From the NCBI GenBank assembly GCA_947632325.1, contig CANROU010000002.1, positions 43,840 through 107,839 on the forward strand: a stretch of 64,000 nucleotides of DNA, written 5' to 3'. Shown here piece by piece: positions 37,568-46,195 of this stretch. Under the pieces are notes generated by a model. The model made no database searches. It was not told the origin of the DNA and was given only the letters and a program-made list of their open reading frames with translations. This DNA is from an uncultured Bacilli bacterium. Its GTDB lineage: Bacteria; Bacillota_I; Bacilli_A; RF39; UBA660. Both the position numbers and the translations under genes were made by a program. Position 1 is the stretch's first letter. Every line of letters starts with the position of its first letter.

Positions 37568-38623
37568 TTATGCTTCCTTTCTTATACTAGAAGTATCCTG
37601 ATAAGTTAAATTGATATTAATATCATAGTTTATATTATTTAACAAATTATCTTTATTTTGTTTATAATAAGAATAATTATTTTCTCTGATTAAAGATACC
37701 ATTCCTAAAATATCACTATTATTTTCTTTTTGTAAATTTAAAAGATTATTAATATCTGTTTTTAGTTGTTTGTTTAATAAGGATATAATGTCATTGTTTG
37801 ATAATGTACAATTATGTTTTTCTATTATCATAATATTAGCGTTTAATTGAATGTTAATATTATTTTTTTTGCTTTTATAGGTAGTATTAATATCTTGTAA
37901 AGTAATAGGTAAAACTTCTTGATCACAAGAACTACTAAAAGTAACGTTGGAAGTAATATTCTTAAGCATATTATAAATAACAGCTTCTTCTTTAGTTAAA
38001 TAGGCTTGTAAATGGTTATCTTGAAAAAAAGCATAACCATCTACTTCTAATTGTTCATTTTCTAGTTTAATAGTTGGCATTACACCATCCATACCTTCCT
38101 CTAAAAGCCAAGAAGCAAAATCCTCAAAACTAATATTAGCCGATACACCATATTCTTTACTGTTAATCGCAATTAAATCATTAAGACGGGGGTTTTTAAG
38201 GGTTTTTTGAATTATATCAAAGGGTGAAATATCCTTGGTTAAAATTATAGTAAATGTGTTACGTGATTTGGGATTGTTGATGAAAAAAGTTATGACATCA
38301 TCAAGATTATATCGCGCAACTTCTTCACTAATTAATAAATTTTCTAGGTGAGATAAATATACTTTTTTAGAAGATTTTAAATATAAATTTTGAGTGGCTT
38401 CTAAAATAGTAGGACCACTTGCCATATAAGATTGTCTTAATTGTTGTTCCTGTTCATTTTGGCCATTAGATGAAATCATATTAACACTAATTAAGAATTG
38501 ATCATTTTGTTTTTCAATACCCATGCTTTCTATAACACCTAGTTCATTTAATTCTGTATAGTTAGTGCATCCGTTTAAAAAACAAGGTATTATTAGTAAT
38601 AAACACCATTTGAGATATTTCAT
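37568..38623 (-). CDS. gerAC: Spore germination receptor C subunit lipoprotein (GerAC)
   Basis: Lipobox FLNGC. ~350 aa. Located between A and B subunit genes. Confidence 0.7.
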   Translation of the reverse strand: MKYLKWCLLLIIPCFLNGCTNYTELNELGVIESMGIEKQNDQFLISVNMISSNGQNEQEQQLRQSYMASGPTILEATQNLYLKSSKKVYLSHLENLLISEEVARYNLDDVITFFINNPKSRNTFTIILTKDISPFDIIQKTLKNPRLNDLIAINSKEYGVSANISFEDFASWLLEEGMDGVMPTIKLENEQLEVDGYAFFQDNHLQAYLTKEEAVIYNMLKNITSNVTFSSSCDQEVLPITLQDINTTYKSKKNNINIQLNANIMIIEKHNCTLSNNDIISLLNKQLKTDINNLLNLQKENNSDILGMVSLIRENNYSYYKQNKDNLLNNINYDININLTYQDTSSIRKEA

Positions 38624-38629
38624 TTATCA

Positions 38630-40066
38630 TCACCTCGATCTAATTTTGTTTTTAGTTAAAAGAGGATTTCGCTTTCTAATTTTGGTATTTTTAAGACGCA
38701 GTAGAGCATCTTTTTGTTCACTAGGTATTAATGGAGCAAAAGGCGCTAAATAGGATTTACCATAAGAATTTAAACTACTAAGTTTGATGATTAAGAAAAC
38801 ACCCGCTAAAAAGATACCATAAATCCCTAAGAAAGTAGCCATAAAGATCATGATAAAACGCCACCATCTAATAGCGCTGATCATTTCTATTGATGAAAAT
38901 AAAAGACCACTAATAGCTGAGATGGCAATGACAATAATCATAATAGGGGATATGATACCAGCGGATACTGCCGCATCCCCTAAGACTAAACCTCCTAAAA
39001 TAGATACAGCACTACCTTTACCAGAGGGCATTCGTATATCACTTTCTCTTAGTATTTCAAACGTAATACTCATAGCTAAACATTCAATTAAGGCTGGAAA
39101 AGGTACGTTTTCCCGTTGAATGGTAAAATTAATTAATAAATGTAAAGGGATAGCGTCATGATTATGAGTTGTAACAGCGATATAATATGCCGGAACTAAA
39201 ATAGCAATTAAAAAAGCTAATAACCTGACTAGACGAATAAAAGTAATATTAATGGGTTTTTGATAATAATCATCTGTAGTATGAAAAAAATCAATAAAAA
39301 ACGTCGGTAAAATTAATACATAAGGACTAGTATCTACCAATATTACAATCTTACCTTCTAATAAAGCCATACTAGCTTTATCTGGCCGTTGCGTTGTTAA
39401 AATAGTGGGAAAGAAATTATTAGAATTATCTTCTAAGTAATCTCTAAGATAGCCACTGTCAATAATGCCATCTATATTAATTTTATTAAGTTTTTGACTA
39501 ACTTTATTTACTAAATCCTTATCCACAATATTTTCCATATATAAGATACCTATTTTTGTTTTAGAAAGTGTTCCTACCTCTTTTTCTTTAATCCATAAAG
39601 AAGAACTTTTAATACGTCTTCTAATAAGTCCCACATTGGTATTATAGTGTTCTACAAAAGCATCCTGGGGTCCTTGAATAGATGACTCGCTAGTGGCTTC
39701 AGCTACATCTCTATTTAATTTAGCTCTGGTTTCGATTGCTAAAGTATTTGCTTCATTATCAAATAAAATAATAGTAAAACCATTTAACAATTTATCTAGA
39801 ATATTATCAAGTCCCTTAATAGCTTGAATATTACCATTAGGTAGTCTTTGTTGTAAATAAGATAAGGGGTGTTTTATAAACGAAGTTGTTTTAATCCTAG
39901 TTAATTCTCGTAAAATAAAATCGTTAATTATTTCTCCATCACATAAGCATTCATTATAAATAACATAAAGACCTTTTTTATTGGCACTGTCTAATAACAA
40001 GAATTTATAAACAAAATCAGAACTACGACCAACTTTATTTTTAATTTGTTCAACTAATTCTTGCAT
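38630..40066 (-). CDS. gerAA: Spore germination receptor A subunit (GerAA)
   Basis: Soluble N-domain plus 4-5 TM C-domain. Characteristic PSGKGSAVSILGG-type segment. 478 aa. Confidence 0.8.
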   Translation of the reverse strand: MQELVEQIKNKVGRSSDFVYKFLLLDSANKKGLYVIYNECLCDGEIINDFILRELTRIKTTSFIKHPLSYLQQRLPNGNIQAIKGLDNILDKLLNGFTIILFDNEANTLAIETRAKLNRDVAEATSESSIQGPQDAFVEHYNTNVGLIRRRIKSSSLWIKEKEVGTLSKTKIGILYMENIVDKDLVNKVSQKLNKINIDGIIDSGYLRDYLEDNSNNFFPTILTTQRPDKASMALLEGKIVILVDTSPYVLILPTFFIDFFHTTDDYYQKPINITFIRLVRLLAFLIAILVPAYYIAVTTHNHDAIPLHLLINFTIQRENVPFPALIECLAMSITFEILRESDIRMPSGKGSAVSILGGLVLGDAAVSAGIISPIMIIVIAISAISGLLFSSIEMISAIRWWRFIMIFMATFLGIYGIFLAGVFLIIKLSSLNSYGKSYLAPFAPLIPSEQKDALLRLKNTKIRKRNPLLTKNKIRSR

Positions 40067-40162
40067 TGTTTATCCTTCCTTTCCATATTTTTAGTATGGA
40101 AAAATGCTACGTAGTTTATGTAAAAAAATTATAATATGGTATAATTGAAACAGTGAGGTAAT

Positions 40163-41392
40163 ATGGAAGAAAATATAATTGTACAAATAGAAAAACAAGA
40201 TCATCAAGGACGAGGTATTGCTCATGTTAACGGGAAAATAACTTTTGTTCCTAAAGCTTTACCTGATGAGATAGTTAATATCAAACTATGTTCTAAATTT
40301 TCCAAATTTAACGAAGGTCAAATAATAACTATTAATAAATCATCATCTTGTAGAACCAAGGTAATATGTAAACATTATTCTATATGTGGAGGATGTCAAT
40401 TATTGCATCAAAAATATGAAGCACAATTAGATTTTAAACAACAAAAAATAAAAGACATTTTAACTAAATATGCTAAAACAAAATTACCAACGATTAATCC
40501 TATTATTAAAAGTGAACCCTTTTATTATCGTAATAAAGTTACATTACATATTATTGACAATAAAATAGGTTATTATAGCCCAAGAACTCATGAAATAGTA
40601 GATATCACAACTTGTTATTTATTAAATCCTCTTATATTAAAAATAATTAATAAGTTAAAAGCTTTTATTAAACAACATCAAGGCCTTGAAAAAGCTATGA
40701 TAAGAATAGGCAATGGTACAGATGAAATTATGTTAAATTTAAAAGGTACGGTTCCTTTAGAATACATACAAACATTTTTTACGGATCAAGTAACATCTTT
40801 AATTTATAATAATAAAGTGTTATTAGGGAAATCGTCTATTTTAGTTAAATTAAATAAATATAATTTTTATGTTTCTGCTCCTGCTTTTTTTCAAGTTAAT
40901 GTTTTTACTACAGATATTCTTTATCAAACCATAATTAATATGATCAAAGATATTGCTGCTGAAAATGTATTAGATTTATATTGTGGTACAGGTACCATTG
41001 GTATATGTATTAGTCCTTATGTCAATAAAATTATAGGAATAGAGGTAACTCCTGAGGCTGTTGATAATGCCAAAGAAAACCAACGATTAAATAATATAAA
41101 AAACATTGATTTTATGGTCGGTAAAGTAGAGGAAGTACTACCCCAGATATCATCAGTTATAGACACCATTATTGTTGATCCACCACGAAATGGTTTACAT
41201 CAAAGTGTTATAAAAAAATTAATAGATATGTCTGTTCAAAATATTATATATACCTCTTGTGATCCTATGACTCTAGCAAGAGATATAGCTTTATTAAAAG
41301 ATAATTATCAACTATTGATTGTCCAACCAATTGATATGTTCCCTAATACCTATCATATGGAATGTGTATGTTTATTAAAACGCATAAAATAA
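40163..41392 (+). CDS. rlmD: 23S rRNA (uracil-C5)-methyltransferase RlmD/RumA family
   Basis: TRAM domain, Cys cluster CKHYSICGGCQ, SAM motif DLYCGTGTIG, catalytic DPPRNG. Confidence 0.8.
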   Translation: MEENIIVQIEKQDHQGRGIAHVNGKITFVPKALPDEIVNIKLCSKFSKFNEGQIITINKSSSCRTKVICKHYSICGGCQLLHQKYEAQLDFKQQKIKDILTKYAKTKLPTINPIIKSEPFYYRNKVTLHIIDNKIGYYSPRTHEIVDITTCYLLNPLILKIINKLKAFIKQHQGLEKAMIRIGNGTDEIMLNLKGTVPLEYIQTFFTDQVTSLIYNNKVLLGKSSILVKLNKYNFYVSAPAFFQVNVFTTDILYQTIINMIKDIAAENVLDLYCGTGTIGICISPYVNKIIGIEVTPEAVDNAKENQRLNNIKNIDFMVGKVEEVLPQISSVIDTIIVDPPRNGLHQSVIKKLIDMSVQNIIYTSCDPMTLARDIALLKDNYQLLIVQPIDMFPNTYHMECVCLLKRIK

Positions 41393-41420
41393 AGAAAACA
41401 ATGAATTGTTTTCTTTAATA

Positions 41421-42161
41421 TTATTGAACTTGAATAATTATTAAGTGAGCCGAAACACTTCGTGTGCCTCCTGCTAAAGGTGTGATAGTAAGAGCTGTAG
41501 AGTTACTGGAAGGATTTCGTACAGTTAAAACGGAATTTATGGATGTGGTAGTTATTATAGAAATACCAATAATTTGGCTCGTGCCGGTGGCTCTACCTAC
41601 AACAGTATACGCTATATCTTGGCCATTTAAGGTAAGTATGAGTTGCCCGGGTTCATTAATGCTTACCTGAAATAAAATTTGATATGTACCGATTTCTTGT
41701 AGATTAAAAGAACTAGGTCCTAATCTTGAAATGTTTGAATTGCTAGAAGGTCCATCTTGTGGAAAATCAACATCATCTCCAGGGGCAACTGTTTCAGTAT
41801 TATCAGGTGGCATTAGAGCATAAAAGTCAGCATAATTTAATATTCCCGAAGTACCTGTAGCTCCCGTTGGCCCTGTAGGCCCTGTCGCACCCGTTGGTCC
41901 CGTTGGTCCTCCTGGAATACCTTGAGGCCCTGTAGGTCCTATAGGTCCGGTCGCTCCCGTTGGTCCCATGAAACCACTAGGTCCAGGAACACCTTGGGGT
42001 CCTGTCGCGCCCGTTGGTCCTGTTATTCCTGATGTACATATAGAATATATTGGACCACAACAGGGCTCTTTCTGTTTATTATTATCATCATTTTCTTGGG
42101 GACACTCATTATCTATATAACAATTGCTATTACAATGATAAAACGAAATATATTTATTCAT
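41421..42161 (-). CDS. BclA-like collagen-repeat surface protein (G-x-T triplets [10 protein letters not shown]...) with C-terminal globular domain
   Basis: About 25 consecutive Gly-X-Y triplets rich in Pro/Thr, followed by a ~110-aa beta-rich domain. Cys-rich N-terminus. Confidence 0.6.
   Translation of the reverse strand: MNKYISFYHCNSNCYIDNECPQENDDNNKQKEPCCGPIYSICTSGITGPTGATGPQGVPGPSGFMGPTGATGPIGPTGPQGIPGGPTGPTGATGPTGPTGATGTSGILNYADFYALMPPDNTETVAPGDDVDFPQDGPSSNSNISRLGPSSFNLQEIGTYQILFQVSINEPGQLILTLNGQDIAYTVVGRATGTSQIIGISIITTTSINSVLTVRNPSSNSTALTITPLAGGTRSVSAHLIIIQVQ
41851..42032 (-). repeat. Collagen-like GGNCCNACN-type nucleotide repeat inside the BclA-like gene
   Basis: Reiterated CCCGTTGGTCC / CCTGTAGG units; copy number is likely unstable. 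Confidence 0.6.
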
Positions 42162-42310
42162 AAATATTCTCCTTATCTGGTTATAAAATGTTAATATATT
42201 ATATGTTGTTTATCTAAATTAGTACTCTATTTTAAAATATTTTAAAAATAGAATTTTCAAGCAATTTAATATTTAGTATAATGAAAGTATAAGTTAAATG
42301 TAGGTGTTAT

Positions 42311-43039
42311 ATGAAAAAGAAAAGAAAGAAGATATATAATTATATAATTATATTAATAGGCATTTTAGTAGTTTGGGGTGTTGTTTATTATCAAGATGAA
42401 ATACAAGTTTTTCTTGACAAGACTGTCTTTTCGCCAAGACCATCTTATGCCTTAAGTGATATTCCTGCTTTTGATGGCGAACCGTATGTTGTTATTAATA
42501 ACAATGAACCTAATTTTATAGAAGAAGATTATAATAGGGATGATGAGGTATATAGTGATTTAGACTATTTACATCGCTGTGGTCCGGCTTTTGCTAAAGT
42601 TGGTATAAATACTATGCCAACAACTAAGCGAGGTAGTATTGGTATGATAAAACCATCAGGATGGCATACCGTTAAATATGATATCGTTGATGGTAAATAT
42701 TTATATAATAGGTGTCATTTAATAGGGTATCAGTTAACAGGTGAGAATGCGAACGAAAAAAACTTAATTACTTGTACTAGATTTATGAATACAGTAGGTA
42801 TGTTACAATTTGAAAATAAAGTTGCTGATTATGTTAAAGATACACATAATCATGTATTGTATCGAGTGAGTCCTATTTTTGTAGAAGATGATTTAGTTGC
42901 AAGTGGTGTAGAAATAGAAGCGTTATCTATTGAAGATAAAGGTGCCGGTATTAAGATACATGTTTTTGTTTATAACGTTCAAGAGGGTATAACTATTGAT
43001 TATAGTACTGGTGATAGTAAATTAAATGAAGGAGAATGA
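42311..43039 (+). CDS. Membrane-anchored DNA/RNA non-specific endonuclease (EndA/NucA-like)
   Basis: N-terminal TM. YLYNRCHLIGYQLTGENANEKNLITCTRFMN resembles the DRGH-LxGQ...N catalytic block of EndA-type nucleases, with Asn-Arg-Cys-His replacing DRGH. Confidence 0.5.
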   Translation: MKKKRKKIYNYIIILIGILVVWGVVYYQDEIQVFLDKTVFSPRPSYALSDIPAFDGEPYVVINNNEPNFIEEDYNRDDEVYSDLDYLHRCGPAFAKVGINTMPTTKRGSIGMIKPSGWHTVKYDIVDGKYLYNRCHLIGYQLTGENANEKNLITCTRFMNTVGMLQFENKVADYVKDTHNHVLYRVSPIFVEDDLVASGVEIEALSIEDKGAGIKIHVFVYNVQEGITIDYSTGDSKLNEGE

Positions 43040-43043
43040 TAAT

Positions 43044-43631
43044 ATGAAATATTTAAAAAGAGTTGTTTTTTTAGCTATTATAGCTGTTTTTGTACTAACG
43101 GGTTGTAGTGGATCTAAACAGGATTTATATTATGCTAAAATAGAAGTACAAGATTATGGTAATATTATTTTAGAATTAGATCATGATAGTGCACCTATTA
43201 CGGTTGATAATTTTGTGAAACTATCTAACGAAAAATTTTATGATGGCTTAACCTTTCATCGTATTATTAAGGGTTTTATGATACAAGGTGGTGACCCTCT
43301 TAAAACAGGTGCTGGTGGTAGTGGTAAAAATATTAAGGGTGAATTTAGTGCCAATGGTATCAATAATACTATATCGCATGTTAGAGGTACTATTTCAATG
43401 GCTCGTAGTGATGATTATGATAGTGCTAGTAGCCAATTCTTTATCGTTCAACAAACTAGTTTACATTTAAATGGTAACTATGCAGGATTTGGTCATGTTA
43501 TTGATGGTATGGATGTTGTTGATAAAATTTGTGAGGTTAAAGTAGAAGATGATAATGGAACAGTGCTAATAGAAAATCAACCGGTTATCAGTCATATTAC
43601 TGTAGCTAAAACCTTAGAAGAATTATCTTAA
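43044..43631 (+). CDS. ppiB: Cyclophilin-type peptidyl-prolyl isomerase lipoprotein
   Basis: Lipobox LTGCSG. FHRIIKGFMIQGGDP and W-less cyclophilin core. Confidence 0.8.
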   Translation: MKYLKRVVFLAIIAVFVLTGCSGSKQDLYYAKIEVQDYGNIILELDHDSAPITVDNFVKLSNEKFYDGLTFHRIIKGFMIQGGDPLKTGAGGSGKNIKGEFSANGINNTISHVRGTISMARSDDYDSASSQFFIVQQTSLHLNGNYAGFGHVIDGMDVVDKICEVKVEDDNGTVLIENQPVISHITVAKTLEELS

Positions 43632-44390
43632 CTAAAATATAAAGTGATTTACTAACATGAAGATTACACCCACTATAAAACAGATAATAGATAATTTTTT
43701 TTGTTGATATTGAATGGAACCTGGTAAGAGTTCATATATGGCAATATGAATCATGATACCAGCGATCATCGCAAATAGAATAGCCATAATAACATCATTA
43801 ATAAAGGGACTTAAAAACCAATAGGCAATAAGGGCACCAAATGGCTCAGAGATTCCAGAAATAAACGTATATAATAAAGATTTACTTTTACGTTTAGTAG
43901 CGTAGAATAAAGGTACTGAAATACTTATTCCTTCAGGAATATTATGCAAAGCAATAGCTATAGCTAAGGAAATTCCTAATTTAGTATTACTGCTATTAGC
44001 CATAAAAGTAGCAATTCCCTCAGGGATATTATGAAATATAATGGCTAACATGGATATTAAACCAATTCTATATAATTTTTTATCTTTGGATTGATATATA
44101 TTTTCCGCTGGTAGAAATTTATCTATTAACATCGAGAAGATAATACCTAATACGATGAAAATACCCATTAGTAAAAAAGTAGGTGTTAAGCGGTAAAGGT
44201 GATGAAATAAGGTTAGTGATTCAGGTATTAAATCCGTAAGTGATACGCTTATCATAACACCGGAAGCAAATGCTAAAGCTGCGCTGATAATTTTTTTTTC
44301 ATTAAATTTAAAGAAAATAGGAATAGTACCAATCATCGTAGATAAGCCAGCTAAAGATGATAATAGAAAAGAAAAAGCTGTAGTATTCAT
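43632..44390 (-). CDS. zupT: ZIP-family zinc transporter
   Basis: Eight TMs, two HNIPEG motifs. Confidence 0.8.
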   Translation of the reverse strand: MNTTAFSFLLSSLAGLSTMIGTIPIFFKFNEKKIISAALAFASGVMISVSLTDLIPESLTLFHHLYRLTPTFLLMGIFIVLGIIFSMLIDKFLPAENIYQSKDKKLYRIGLISMLAIIFHNIPEGIATFMANSSNTKLGISLAIAIALHNIPEGISISVPLFYATKRKSKSLLYTFISGISEPFGALIAYWFLSPFINDVIMAILFAMIAGIMIHIAIYELLPGSIQYQQKKLSIICFIVGVIFMLVNHFIF

Positions 44391-44465
44391 TTTAATTCCT
44401 CCTTTTAAACATATTTATAAAAGAGAGAATTTATGTTAAAATAGTGATGAGAAAAGAGGACCTTT

Positions 44466-45074
44466 ATGAATTATAATACTAAAATGGAACAAATAATTGA
44501 TTATCATCGTGAAAGAAAAGAAGTACCAACTCTTTTGTTGCACTGTTGTTGTGCACCGTGCAGTAGTGCTGTCTTAGAACGTTTGGCTAATGATTTTAAA
44601 ATTACTTTATTTTACTATAATCCTAATATTACTAATGAACAAGAATATCAAAAAAGACTTCAAGAATTAAAAAGATTTGTTTTAGAATATCCTCTTAAAT
44701 ATCCTTGTTCTATAATAGAAGGGAAATATGATCCGCTAATCTTTTTAAATAGCGTTTCGGGAATGGAAAAGGAAAAAGAAGGTGGAAAACGTTGTTATGT
44801 TTGTTATCAAATGCGTTTAGAACAAACAGCCAAAGTAGCAAAGGAGCAACATTTTGATTATTTTACGACTACTTTATCCATTAGTCCTTATAAGAATGCA
44901 ACCTGGTTAAATGAAATTGGAGCATCTTTAGCTAAACAGTATCAAGTTGATTATTTGTATGCGGACTTTAAAAAGAAAGATGGTTATAAAAGGTCTATTT
45001 TATTATCTAGTGAATATCATTTGTATAGGCAAGATTATTGTGGATGCACTTTTTCCATGATTGACAGACATTAA
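44466..45074 (+). CDS. queH: Epoxyqueuosine reductase QueH (DUF208)
   Basis: LLLHCCCAPCS and C-terminal CGC motif. Confidence 0.75.
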   Translation: MNYNTKMEQIIDYHRERKEVPTLLLHCCCAPCSSAVLERLANDFKITLFYYNPNITNEQEYQKRLQELKRFVLEYPLKYPCSIIEGKYDPLIFLNSVSGMEKEKEGGKRCYVCYQMRLEQTAKVAKEQHFDYFTTTLSISPYKNATWLNEIGASLAKQYQVDYLYADFKKKDGYKRSILLSSEYHLYRQDYCGCTFSMIDRH

Positions 45075-45118
45075 AAAATTGTGTTATATTTGTAACGCTA
45101 TGGAAAGGAAGAGATTTT

Positions 45119-45925
45119 GTGAACAATTATCAAGACGTACCTAAGCAATTATTGTTAGATAATGAATTTTATAATAATTTAGAGAATATTTTTAAGGAAT
45201 TTCCTCCCCAAATTTTAAATATTGATTATCATCAAATGCAAAATGATAAATTCGTATTTAGTGAGGAAGTACCCAATGGTTTATTAAAAGGTCATTACAC
45301 CATTACAGCTCATAAATTAGCTAATAATAAATATAGTGTTAACTATCATAAAGAAAGTAATAACAATGTAATTACGATTCATATTAACTCTCATCAAGTA
45401 TTGTTTGATACTAATATCGGCTATTACTCGCAAAAATTTTATAAAAATATTGTAGAAAAAAAGCTATATCAAATAACTAAAGAAGGTTTTAAAAAAAAGA
45501 AAAACAAAACCAAAACAACAATACCAATATTTTGGGTAGAAAATATAATTTATCCTTTTAAATATCCTAATACTAAAGTAACTAGTTTTACTAACGAAGA
45601 GAGCGTTTATGTGCAAACACCGGTGATGATTAAACAAATATCTAACAATATTACTGAACAGGTAATAAAAACAGAGGATCATATTACGATTTGTTTAAAA
45701 CGTCTAGATGCTTTAGTTACTAGAATGGATAAGCAATCAATCTTGGTAAACGTCGTGCGTAATGGTTGTAATAAACAAGGCACGTGGGTAGAAAAAGAAC
45801 CTAAACAATTTGTCCTTGCTAGTAGTTCAATATATTTGCCTAGTGCTAAAAATATTTTAGAGATAATTGATGAGGAAGAATTATCATCATCTAAAGAATT
45901 AAAAAAAGATTTCAAAAAACAATAA
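45119..45925 (+). CDS. Hypothetical cytoplasmic protein
   Basis: GTG start after GGAAAGGAAG RBS. 268 aa, no motif recognised. Confidence 0.4.
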   Translation: MNNYQDVPKQLLLDNEFYNNLENIFKEFPPQILNIDYHQMQNDKFVFSEEVPNGLLKGHYTITAHKLANNKYSVNYHKESNNNVITIHINSHQVLFDTNIGYYSQKFYKNIVEKKLYQITKEGFKKKKNKTKTTIPIFWVENIIYPFKYPNTKVTSFTNEESVYVQTPVMIKQISNNITEQVIKTEDHITICLKRLDALVTRMDKQSILVNVVRNGCNKQGTWVEKEPKQFVLASSSIYLPSAKNILEIIDEEELSSSKELKKDFKKQ

Positions 45926-45974
45926 ATATGTTATAATAAAAGAAAAACAAAGAAGTTGAGGAGTATATTCTAAA

Positions 45975-46165
45975 GTTTTTAGTAGAGAATTCATGGTTGG
46001 TGAAAATGAATAAAACTAGAATAGAAGGTAGCAACAGAGTTGAATCCTTAAGTAAATAGAGGATTACGTTGATCGCGTTAAGATTATAAGTGTATATCTA
46101 TGATATAAAATAAGGTGGTACCGCGGGAACTCGTCCTTAAATTGAAGGAGGAGTTTTTTTCAATT
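45975..46165 (+). promoter_or_regulatory. T-box riboswitch leader of valS with terminator/antiterminator
   Basis: Conserved T-box AAGGTGGTACCGCGG at 46113-46127. Terminator helix AACTCGTCCTT/AAGGAGGAGTT plus TTTTTTT at 46126-46161. A loop uaaGUAaau (~46050) could carry a Val specifier. Confidence 0.75.
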
Positions 46166-46195
46166 TCTTTAATTGTTATAATAAAAAGAGAGGGA

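Noticed and set aside
41464-41670. Plus-strand ORF opposite the BclA-like gene
   Set aside because: Embedded antisense of the collagen-like gene
46115-46195. ORF-track start of valS at 46115
   Set aside because: Falls inside the T-box/terminator; RBS-supported ATG at 46196 is the plausible start
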